DNA of 64,000 nt from an uncultured Candidatus Entotheonella sp. (GTDB lineage Bacteria; Tectomicrobia; Entotheonellia; Entotheonellales; Entotheonellaceae). The position numbers were made by a program, and so were the translations under genes. Below are positions 18,411 to 27,477 of this stretch, piece after piece. The stretch's first letter is position 1. Each line of letters starts with the position of its first letter. Location: NCBI GenBank assembly GCA_965217185.1, contig OZ244252.1:704001-768000 (forward strand), in the 5' to 3' direction. Below the pieces are notes generated by a model, which was not told the origin of the DNA, made no database searches, and worked only from the letters and a program-made list of their open reading frames with translations.

Positions 18411-20030
18411 ATGAAGTGGGCAACCCTAACGACCATCCTCCTCACGCTTGCTGCCTGCGGCGGTGGGGGCTCCGGGGGCGCTTTCTCCAGGGGCTCCGTT
18501 GCGCTTCCGTCGCATCTCGTCCTGCCGGCGGGTTCCGACCTGCAGCGAGAAAATACCGCCGCGCACGACCCGCTTGACCACTGGTACCGGACGGAACCGG
18601 CTGTTGGCGCTCTGAATCTCGACCCCGGTGGCACCACCTCGGCCCTCCGGCCTCTGCTCGATGCTGCCGTTGGTGACGGCAATCAGTCCGCCACCCGCTT
18701 CAGGAACATCAACGCCTCGTCGCTGACGCCCATCGGGCAGCGCGATGGCATCGCATACGGCCAGTGGACGGCTGGACCCGCCGGCACCCTCGACATCGAC
18801 TTCCAACTGGCAGTTTGCCGAAGCCGTGCCTGCAGACGTTCGGGCGGCGGTGGAACGTGCCGCCAAATCCTGGTCGCGGCGGTTGCTCGACCACTTTGAT
18901 TCGATCACGTTCCGGGAAGAGGAGTACTACGATTTCGGCGTTCCCATCGAATTTGAAACTGACGACTTGACGATCATTGTTCAGCACTGGACCCAACCAG
19001 GGCAATCGAGTGCAGGCGCTTGGCAGCGAAACGAAACCGAGACCGATTTTGAGCCCGTGGTCGGGCACTTCTTCTTGGCCCAGGGAGAAACCATCGAGGA
19101 CAGTTACGACATCGGTCATCATTGGCTACTCCATATCGCCGCACACGAAGTGGGGCACGTCCTCGGGCACGACTTCGCCCAAAACGAAATACCGCCGAGC
19201 ATTGACCGCTACGTCGATCACGAAAACCATACCTTCAACGGCCCCAAGTCGGTCGCTGAACATGGAGGGCCGGTCCCATTTCAATGGCTTGACGCTGACC
19301 GTCGGCCTGTACCAACTGGAACCGGGACCGTCGACTAACGGGCACCTGGGCGTGTGCAGCATGATCATGAGCTACGCGGGAGGCATCTGCGGCAGTGCGC
19401 GCGAGAAGTACGAGCCGAACGAACTGGACTTCGCCTACCTGGACGACATCGGCTGGGACGTGCTGGATGCTAACACCGCCCGCGAACCGGAGGTTTACGG
19501 TTACGGGGCTTGGGCGGAACACAGCGCGTGGGGAGTCGGCGTCGAACGGATTCTCGGGGCCGTTCCCACGTCCGACAACGATATTGCGCACCACGACTGG
19601 TTGCAGGCCAGCGCTGACGCTTTTGGAACCGCCCCGAACACGCTGTTCACGGATGCCTTTGCCGGTCGGACGGGAGCCGCCACCTGGTCGGGCTCCCTGA
19701 TTGGCGTCGATACCAGCCGGGCCATGCTGCCGCCTGTGTTCGGGAACGCCGAACTGGAAATACAGCTTGCCAACCCTTGATGGAACCGCCCGCTTTGATG
19801 AGTTGATGTCCGCAATTGACGAGGACCTGCGCCCATTCCGCGTTCCGTCCCTGTCGTATGGCGTCACGGTTGTCGACAACGGCTTCGCAGACGCTTCCGG
19901 GATGCTCAGCGGCGGGTTTTTCGGTCCCGCTCACGACGAAATGGCAGGCACGCTCAACGACTCGGAACAGCATCTTTTGGCCGGCTTCGGCGGCGTCCAA
20001 CAGGTGCAAACGGCAGACCCTTTGCCATGA
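18411..20030 (+). pseudogene. Lipoprotein zinc-metallopeptidase with TbpB-like C-terminal barrel, split by three +1 frameshifts
   Basis: Lipobox LAAC-GGGG; HEVGHVLGH; C-terminal GGFFGPAHDEMAGTL...LAGFGG; frame jumps near 18804, 19337 and 19772. Confidence 0.75.
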
Positions 20031-20202
20031 CGCATGGGATGTGCAAACGCCTGCGGCCGGTCAAAACGGGGAGCAGGGCCGGGTATTTCCGTATCCGACT
20101 GCACCAGGAACATGCCAATCGACTCTTGCCCCTCCTTCCTAACTCCCCTTAAGGAGGAAGGAAACCGGAGGGTTAAACCTCTTTCCACGAAGAGGGTTTT
20201 AC

Positions 20203-20240
20203 TCCCTCTCCCCTGGAGGGAGAGGGTTGGGGTGAGGGGG
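20203..20240. repeat. CCCCTC-type palindromic REP-like element
   Basis: CCCTCTCCCCTGGAGGGAGAGGGTTGGGGTGAGGGGG; a degenerate related hairpin at about 20128-20172. Confidence 0.6.
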
Positions 20241-20317
20241 AAGCCCCGGAATTGTAAGCCGTCTTGGTTCGAAAGTGCTCTGATCCACAAACACCCTCCC
20301 AGGGATAAGGAGTAAGA

Positions 20318-21815
20318 CGAGCCACTTGCAGAATTGCGTGTACGAGTGGGATTTTCTTTCTCCGTGTCAAGCGCGGGGCAGGCTCTGGGGCTGATTGGTG
20401 GACATTGGGGCCGCTTTCTGATTCTGTTGAGTTGTCAAACAACCGAATCAGGAGGAACGACCCCAATGGCCTTACGTGAGATACTATCGAGTTACTGGTC
20501 TTGCTTTCAAGCGCTGCTGTTCCCGCAGCTTGAGGAAACGATCGGGGCGCTGGGGGAACGCCATCAGCGCTTCGTCATGGTGCTCGAATGGGTGCGGGTG
20601 GAAACGCTGCTACCGTACCAGCACCGGCGTCGCGGCTGTCCGCCAAGCGACCGCGCGGTCTTAGCCCGCGCCTTCATCGCCAAGGCCGTCTTCGCGCTGG
20701 TTAGCACCCGGATGTTGCTTGATCGTCTGCGCCACGACAGCACCCTGCGCCGGTTGTGCGGCTGGCGTAGCGTCAAGCACATTCCGAGCGAGGCGACGTT
20801 TTCACGTGCCTTTGCCGAATTTGCCGACAGCGCCTTGCCGAGCCACCTGCACGAGGCGCTGATCAAACGCACCCAGGGTGAGCGTCTGGCAGGCCATATT
20901 TCACGCGATTCGACGGCGATTGAAGGGCGCGAGAGACCGACCCCGAAGGCGCCGCAGCCGGCCAAGCCGAAGCGGCGGCGCGGGCGTCCGCGCAAGGGCG
21001 AGGAGCGTCCCACGGAGCCGCGCCGTCTGGAGCGCCAGCGCAACATGACCCTGCCGGAGATGCTCGCCGACTTGCCGTACGCCTGTGACATTGGCGTCAA
21101 GCGCGACGCCAAGGGCTATCAGACGTCATGGAGCGGCTACAAGTTGCATATTGACGCGGCCGACGGCGCCATCCCGGTCAGTTGCCTGCTTACCTCGGCG
21201 TCGCTGCACGACAGCCAAGTCGCCATCCCGCTGGCGACCCTGACGGCGGAGCGAGTCCGCAACCTGTATGACCTGATGGACAGCGCCTACGATGCCCCGG
21301 AAATCCGCGCCCACAGCCGCGCCCTGGGTCATGTTGCGATCATCGACGTCAACCCCCGCAGCGGCGCGCGCAAGCAGGCGCTGCGGCAGGAGAGGCAGGC
21401 ACGGCGTGCCTGTGGGTTGGTCCTGTCTGAGGAGAGACGTTACCACGAACGCTCGACCGTCGAGCGCGTCAATGGTCGCCTCAAGGATGAATTCGGAGGT
21501 CGCAGCGTGCGCGTGCGCGGCCATGCCAAGGTGCTGTGTCATCTGATGTTCGGGATTGTGGCGCTCACGGTTGATCAGTTGATGCGTTTGGTGACCTGAA
21601 GCTGGTCTCGCGGTCCCGTTTCCTCCATCCCGGCACGCGCTGCTGTCCTGTACGCAGGGGGGAGAGTTGCGTCCGCATCGCAAGACGGGAGCCGGAACTC
21701 GGCACCGCCATGGCTGAATTCGTGGCAATTGGAACCACCGACGGCAAATGATTCACCGTACGGTCTCATGACAACCGCTCCGAGGCCAAACTAGCGGAGT
21801 TTTGCAAGTGGCTCG
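20318..21815 (+). mobile_element. Insertion sequence, about 1.5 kb, with 13-bp perfect terminal inverted repeats
   Basis: CGAGCCACTTGCA (20318-20330) / TGCAAGTGGCTCG (21803-21815) flank the transposase; no obvious target-site duplication. Confidence 0.85.
20466..21599 (+). CDS. DDE transposase (IS5/IS1182-like)
   Basis: PSEATFSR, ISRDSTAIE, GYKLHI, LMDSAYD, Y..R..VERVNGRLK. Confidence 0.9.
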   Translation: MALREILSSYWSCFQALLFPQLEETIGALGERHQRFVMVLEWVRVETLLPYQHRRRGCPPSDRAVLARAFIAKAVFALVSTRMLLDRLRHDSTLRRLCGWRSVKHIPSEATFSRAFAEFADSALPSHLHEALIKRTQGERLAGHISRDSTAIEGRERPTPKAPQPAKPKRRRGRPRKGEERPTEPRRLERQRNMTLPEMLADLPYACDIGVKRDAKGYQTSWSGYKLHIDAADGAIPVSCLLTSASLHDSQVAIPLATLTAERVRNLYDLMDSAYDAPEIRAHSRALGHVAIIDVNPRSGARKQALRQERQARRACGLVLSEERRYHERSTVERVNGRLKDEFGGRSVRVRGHAKVLCHLMFGIVALTVDQLMRLVT

Positions 21816-22293
21816 AATTGCACGGAATTGTCATCAACGAGCATGGACGGAACCGCCGCCCCCATGTATGGGAACAAATGATGGCTATCGGATATAAGTC
21901 GGTTTGGATAACGCCTGTTGCATTTGTTCCGTGGAAAAGGCGCCTGCCAATGTTCGATACAAAGAAGGAATACCGCACACTGAGGCAGAAATGGGGGTAC
22001 CGCTTGACAAAAGTGTTTGCGCAGTTGGTGAACGATCTCCTCCGTTGTGAAGGACCGATCTACACTTGATGGAGAGAATCTCCCACCCTGTGGCCAATGT
22101 CCCACGCCCAACACTTGGAGAATCTGGGCGCAGGAATCTTTTTTTGCTTGGACACGATAATGGCGCGTATTTGCTCTTACGCACAGCAATTCGGAAGGGC
22201 AAGACGGTGACACACGAACCACAAGGAGGTGATCGAGTTTCTGCCTCCTTGCACTGGCTTGACGACATTCCACAATGATGGAAATATGGCCGC

Positions 22294-22561
22294 ATGAAAA
22301 CGACTATCGAGCTTCCCGACGCCACGTTTCGGCAAGCCAAAATCCTTGCTGCGGCCCGCGGCGTGACCTTGAAACGTTTTTTTCGTCGAGGCACTTGAGG
22401 AACAACTCCGACGCTGCGCAAGCGAACTTGGCGCCCGTGAGTCGGAAGCTTCGTGGATGGAAGGATTCGGCGTTCTGTCCGACCTGTCAGACGAAAACCG
22501 CCGCGTCCTTCAGGTCATCGAACAGGAATTTGAGACACTCGCCCCCGAAGGGCTCGCATGA
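22294..22561 (+). pseudogene. VapB/RHH-like antitoxin frameshifted in a T7 run
   Basis: MKTTIELPDATFRQAKILAAARGVTLKRFF then +1 T; removing one T gives VEALEEQL...IEQEFETLAPEGLA*. Confidence 0.7.
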
Positions 22562-22703
22562 CCCCTCGAACCAACGCTTTGCCCCGCCGGTCCACTTGAA
22601 GAAGAGAATCCCCCCAAATCTACGCCCAGCTTCCTACGCGCAATATTGACAATCTATATGCAGAAATTCCTGCGCTTGGAATTGATAGTTGCGCTTATTT
22701 CGC

Positions 22704-22737
22704 CTATATTGCGCGTATTGTTTTGTGCGCAATATAG
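22704..22737. promoter_or_regulatory. Perfect 11-bp inverted repeat just before the Fic RBS (candidate operator)
   Basis: CTATATTGCGC-N12-GCGCAATATAG; extra half-site GCGCAATA next to TTGACA at 22638-22651. Confidence 0.6.
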
Positions 22738-22745
22738 AGGGCAAC

Positions 22746-24149
22746 ATGGCAAGGCGGATTCGGGAAGAGGATTTACAGGCAATCGAAGCGGTCGTGCAGC
22801 AGCACCCGGAAGGCAGGACGGCGCAGCAGATCAGCGATGCTCTGCGGTCCGCGCCGAGGCGGAGAACCTTGCAATACCGCCTCAAGTCCCTCGTCGACAG
22901 CAGGCGCCTGATCATGGACGGCTCGGGCCGCTGGACGCGCTACCGTGCGCCGCGGCAGGTCTTATTGGTGGGCCAAGCCATCACCGCAAATGACACTATA
23001 GCCAGTGCGCGGCTCGAAATCCGTCCGCCATTGTCGGATGCCGCCGCCGAGATTCAGGAGCACGTCCGACAGCCGCTGGCGGTGCGCCAGCCGGTTGGCT
23101 ATGACCGGGCGCTCCTTGATTCATACCGGCCCAATCATACCTTCTATCTCTCGCAGGCGGAGCGCGACCGTCTGCACGAGGTCGGCAGGGCGCAGATTCC
23201 CGAACAGCCCGCCGGTACTTACGCCAGACAGATTATGAACCGGCTGCTGGTCGACCTGTCCTGGAACTCAAGCCGTCTTGAGGGCAACACCTATTCGCTG
23301 CTGGATACCTCACGCCTGCTCGAGATTGGGGCGGAAGCGGAAGGGAAGACGTGGCTCGAAGCGCTGATGATCCTCAATCACAAGGACGCGATCGAGTTCC
23401 TGGTCGACGCGGCAGAGGATATCGGTTTCAATCGCTACACCATTCTCAACCTGCACGCACTGCTGGCGGACAACCTGCTTGCCGACCCGGAGGCGACGGG
23501 GCGGCTGCGGCATATCGGCGTCGGTATCGAGGGCTCGGTTTTTCATCCGCTGGACATGCCACCGCTCATCGAAGCGTGCTTCGACCAGATTCTTGCCGCC
23601 GCCTCAGCGATCCGCGACCCGTTCGAGCAATCCTTCTTCGTCATGGTGCAACTTCCCTACCTGCAGCCCTTTGACGACGTCAACAAGCGGGTATCACGAC
23701 TCGCTGCCAACATTCCACTCATCAAGGCGAATCTGTCGCCACTATCCTTCGAGGACGTGCCGCGGGACCTGTATACCGAAGCCGTTCTTGGCGTGTGCGA
23801 GTTGAGGCGCGTCGAATTGCTGCGCGACGTGTTCATCTGGGCCTATCAGCGCTCCGCCGCCCGTTACGCCGCCGTCAGGCAGTCGCTGGGCGAGCCGGAC
23901 CCGTTTCGGATGCGGCACCGTGCGGCGCTGCGTGAGGTCGTCGGCGCGGTCGTTCGCGGGCGTATGGACAAGAAGCAGGCCGCGGCCCACGTCAGCGTGT
24001 GGACGCAGGGGCACATTGATGAGCCGGAGCGCGAGCGGTTTCGCGACATTGCGGAGCGTGAGCTTCTGAGCCTGCACGACAGAAATTTTGCGCGCTACCG
24101 GGTCAGGCCGTCCGAGTTTGCGATATGGCAGGAAGTCTGGCGCAGGTGA
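22746..24149 (+). CDS. Fic-family protein with N-terminal HTH-like region
   Basis: SWNSSRLEGN (inhibitory-type motif), YLQPFDDVNKRVSRL variant Fic motif; start ATG 22746. Confidence 0.9.
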   Translation: MARRIREEDLQAIEAVVQQHPEGRTAQQISDALRSAPRRRTLQYRLKSLVDSRRLIMDGSGRWTRYRAPRQVLLVGQAITANDTIASARLEIRPPLSDAAAEIQEHVRQPLAVRQPVGYDRALLDSYRPNHTFYLSQAERDRLHEVGRAQIPEQPAGTYARQIMNRLLVDLSWNSSRLEGNTYSLLDTSRLLEIGAEAEGKTWLEALMILNHKDAIEFLVDAAEDIGFNRYTILNLHALLADNLLADPEATGRLRHIGVGIEGSVFHPLDMPPLIEACFDQILAAASAIRDPFEQSFFVMVQLPYLQPFDDVNKRVSRLAANIPLIKANLSPLSFEDVPRDLYTEAVLGVCELRRVELLRDVFIWAYQRSAARYAAVRQSLGEPDPFRMRHRAALREVVGAVVRGRMDKKQAAAHVSVWTQGHIDEPERERFRDIAERELLSLHDRNFARYRVRPSEFAIWQEVWRR

Positions 24150-24170
24150 GAGGGGCGGATAACTATCGTG

Positions 24171-24571
24171 TTACGGCTTGTCGGCTTGCCGCCAGAAGAT
24201 GATAGCCGAGACGGTCATGATGACGATGACCGTAGGCGTGAAGAGGTCCCAGATGATGGGTCGGGGGTCGAAGCGCTCCGAGAATTTGAGAGCATAGTTG
24301 TGCAGGTAGACGATCCCCACGTAGCCGGTGAACATGAGGAAGAGGTCCACCGGCAGCGGACGAATCTCCGGCAGGGTGGCGTGGCTCCGGATCGAGGCGC
24401 GGATGTTGAGGGCGACCACCAGGGCGATAACGATTAGCGTGATGGGGTCGATAACGTAATCCCACAGCGCTGCACGCCATCGGGATTTAGCGGGAAGTAG
24501 GTATTGAAGAAGAGAAGGGTGCCCGCGTCGAGCAGGCAGAGCAGGGAAACGAGCCTGAATGGAATGGACAT
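24171..24571 (-). pseudogene. Small multi-pass membrane protein with a single frameshift
   Basis: ATG 24571 after GAGGGAGG: MSIPFRLVSLLCLLDAGTLLFF...DGVQ; a frame change near 24470 continues ALWDYVIDPITLIVIALVVALNI... Confidence 0.6.
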
Positions 24572-24586
24572 CGGAATCCTCCCTCT

Positions 24587-25702
24587 TTACGGCTCGGATT
24601 GCGAGCCGTGGAAGCCGCCGATGAGGAACTGTTCGGGTGTGCTATCGGTGGCGTCGCGACGGCCGCTCAACACGCCGCCGATTTCCTCTGCCGCCGGACC
24701 GTAGAATTCGCCAAGGATCGTGCCCGAAAACCCGCGCATGGTGTCGCCCGGCGCGGCGTCCATGTTGGGGTCGTTACCGACCCAGTCGGCGGCGAACCGG
24801 GCGTCGTCGATTGGGGTGCTTGCGATGTCGATCAGGTTGCCATCCGCCAAGGGCTGGTATTCGGAAACGCCAGGGGGCCGGGTAAGGAGTTCGTCGATTC
24901 GTCCCGAAATTTCTCCGTCGTCCAAGTTCGCTTCCAGTTGCAGCGTGCCGCGAAGCCATGTCTGTGTATTCCAGACGGGGTTGCCCGCATTCCATATTTC
25001 GCCTTGAACGTGTCCCTCAAATGTGGCGCGGCCCGATAAATTCTCGGGCGGGGTTCGTACGCCATAGGTCGCGTAGCCCCGACGTTGGTTGAAGGGTACG
25101 CTGCCGGCTGACCAGCCATTGATGTCGAAATAATCGTACATGGAGGAACCGTCGGTCCGGTCGGTGGCGGACGGGTCGTTTGGGTCCGCTCTGAAGGAAT
25201 CGGTCCAGGAAAAAAGCGTATACGCGGTCAAGTTGCCTTCTGACTCCCCCAGAAAAATGTGTTGTTCATTGATTTCGTCTGCCGCGAAATGAGCCACGGA
25301 CTCCCGGCCGCTAATCACGAAGGTCACGCGAAAGCCGCCCGCTCCATCGCTGGCCACGGATTTCACGTAGGCGGCGCCCAGGTCCGGATGCACCGCGCCG
25401 TAATCCGCCCCGAGGAAATCCCGGCGGATCGCCGCCGAAAGGGCTGAAAAGACCGTCTCGCCGCCAGGGAGAAGGTTCGCCAGCGTATCGTCGGCGCTCG
25501 CCGCGTACCGGGAGGGTTGCAGACTGCGGGCCAGCCCACCCTCGATTCCCGCCAATCGTTGGTTGTCCAGTCGTTGCTGTTCCTTTCGCGCCTCCAGCCT
25601 GAGTTCTGTCAATCCATCAGAGATCGAACAACCAAACAACGTCGCAGAGAGAACGACGACCGAACACACCACCATAACGCTGCGGATCGGAACTGGCATC
25701 AT
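24587..25702 (-). CDS. Lipoprotein with transferrin-binding-protein-like (TbpB-type) C-terminal barrel
   Basis: Signal plus lipobox LFGC; ATFEG, LEANL..GEISG.I, GEFYGPAAEEIGGVL...IGGFHG. Confidence 0.8.
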   Translation of the reverse strand: MMPVPIRSVMVVCSVVVLSATLFGCSISDGLTELRLEARKEQQRLDNQRLAGIEGGLARSLQPSRYAASADDTLANLLPGGETVFSALSAAIRRDFLGADYGAVHPDLGAAYVKSVASDGAGGFRVTFVISGRESVAHFAADEINEQHIFLGESEGNLTAYTLFSWTDSFRADPNDPSATDRTDGSSMYDYFDINGWSAGSVPFNQRRGYATYGVRTPPENLSGRATFEGHVQGEIWNAGNPVWNTQTWLRGTLQLEANLDDGEISGRIDELLTRPPGVSEYQPLADGNLIDIASTPIDDARFAADWVGNDPNMDAAPGDTMRGFSGTILGEFYGPAAEEIGGVLSGRRDATDSTPEQFLIGGFHGSQSEP

Positions 25703-25740
25703 CAAAGAGCTTCCTTGTGCTTGAGGTGGGTTCCAAGGCC

Positions 25741-27477
25741 CTATTGCGAATCGACCGCACGGCGCAGCGCGGCGGTTGCCGCTTCGTCCACGCAGCCGTC
25801 GAGGTTGAGCACGACGCCATAACGGGTGCGGGCTGAAGAAACGGAGACGATGCCGTTGCGCACGTCCTCGGCGACTTGCTCGGCAGGGCGGTCGTGCGGG
25901 TGGCCGAAGCCGCCGCCACCGGCCATTTCGAGGTGCAGGCGGTCGTGCGGTGGGATGGTCTGCTGGCCCTTGGGCCGCAGGTCGGCGCCGGAAGCCAGGG
26001 CGACCCGTCCGGTAGCGCCGTCGGTGCCGCCGTCGCGGCCGCGCGGGGCGTTGTCGACGCGCTCGAACATGGCGAGCACGTCGAACGGCATGCCGTCGGC
26101 GCCGCCGATTTCGATGACCTGTCCAAGACCACCGCGCTGCGCGCCGGCGCCGCCGGAGTCTTCCCGGAATTCCTTGCGCCAGAAAATCACCGGGGTGATG
26201 GCCTCGCTGGCCTCGACCGGCATGCCGCGCACGCCGCTGGGAAAGGCCGTTGCGCTCATGCCGTCCTTGCGCGGCCTTGCACCGCTGCCGCCGCTGTTGA
26301 AGTGCAGCATCTCGAACGCCGGGCGCTCGCCGGTGTACCCGTTGTCGGGGGATACCGACGGCCCGCCGCGCAACTGGATGTTCCACAGCGACGCCGAGCC
26401 CTCCGCCTGCACGCCGCCGGGCAGCACCTGGTGCAGGCAGCCGAGCACGGTATCCGGCAGCAGATGCCCGATGATGTGCCGCGCCGCCACCGCGCACGGG
26501 CGCGGCGCGTTGAGGATGCAGCCCTCCGGGGCCGAGAAGGTGATCGGCAGCAGCGAGCCGTAGTTGTTCGGAATGTCCGGCGCCACCGCGCACTTGACCC
26601 CGAAGCAGGTGTACGCCTTGGTGTAGTTGAGTACCACGTTGATGCCGTGGCTGCTCACCGGCGAGGTGCCGGTGTAGTCCACGTGAATGCCGTCGTTGCC
26701 CACCGTCAGGGCGGCGCGCAGCGTCACCGGCTCGTCGTACCCGTCCATGGTCAGCTCGTTGTGATACGTGCCCGGCTTGATGGCGCGGATGCGCTCGATG
26801 GTCGCTTGACGCGAGTTCTCGAAGATAAACTCCGCCAGATCATCGAGCTGCTCGATGTCAAATTCCGCCATCATACCCCGCAGGCGATGACAGCCAATGT
26901 CGTTGGCAGCGGCAAAGGAGAAGATATCGCCGATCACCTGTTGCGGCTCACGCACGTTGGCGCGGACGAGGTCGAGCAGAGTATCGTTCGGCTCGCCGCG
27001 CCGGAACAGGTGCAGGATGGGAATGCTGACGCCTTCCTCGAACACTTGGCGCGCGTCCGGCCCGAAGCCGCGCCCGCCGATGTCTACCACGTGGCAGGTG
27101 TTGGCGAACAGCCCGACCAGCCGGTCGCGGTAGAACGTCGGCGTCACCACCGTGATGTCGTGCAGGTGTCCGGAGGTGAACCACGGGTCGTTGGTAATGA
27201 ATACGTCGCCCGGTTCCATGGTATCGACCGGGTGCTTGGCGATGAAATGCCCCACGCCCTCGGCCATGGAGTTGATGTGCCCCGGCGTGCCGGTGACGGC
27301 CTGCGCCAGCATGCGGCCCTGGCGGTCGAACACCCCGGCGGCGAGGTCGCCGGCCTCCCGCACGCTGGTGGAAAAGGCGGTACGCACCAGCGTCTGCGCC
27401 TGCTCCTCGACGACCGAGATCAGGCGGTTCCACATGATGTGCTGGTGGATCGTCGATAGCGAGGCTGTGCTGTTCAT
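25741..27477 (-). CDS. Hydantoinase B/oxoprolinase subunit
   Basis: RTAFS..VRE.GD, ITNDP..SGHLHD, DSGGAG..RGGLG, GGGGFG. Confidence 0.93.
   Translation of the reverse strand: MNSTASLSTIHQHIMWNRLISVVEEQAQTLVRTAFSTSVREAGDLAAGVFDRQGRMLAQAVTGTPGHINSMAEGVGHFIAKHPVDTMEPGDVFITNDPWFTSGHLHDITVVTPTFYRDRLVGLFANTCHVVDIGGRGFGPDARQVFEEGVSIPILHLFRRGEPNDTLLDLVRANVREPQQVIGDIFSFAAANDIGCHRLRGMMAEFDIEQLDDLAEFIFENSRQATIERIRAIKPGTYHNELTMDGYDEPVTLRAALTVGNDGIHVDYTGTSPVSSHGINVVLNYTKAYTCFGVKCAVAPDIPNNYGSLLPITFSAPEGCILNAPRPCAVAARHIIGHLLPDTVLGCLHQVLPGGVQAEGSASLWNIQLRGGPSVSPDNGYTGERPAFEMLHFNSGGSGARPRKDGMSATAFPSGVRGMPVEASEAITPVIFWRKEFREDSGGAGAQRGGLGQVIEIGGADGMPFDVLAMFERVDNAPRGRDGGTDGATGRVALASGADLRPKGQQTIPPHDRLHLEMAGGGGFGHPHDRPAEQVAEDVRNGIVSVSSARTRYGVVLNLDGCVDEAATAALRRAVDSQ

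Noticed and set aside
25703..26593. Arg-rich extension of ORF 24587..26593
   Set aside because: Off-frame overlap with hydantoinase B; the signal peptide starts at 25702
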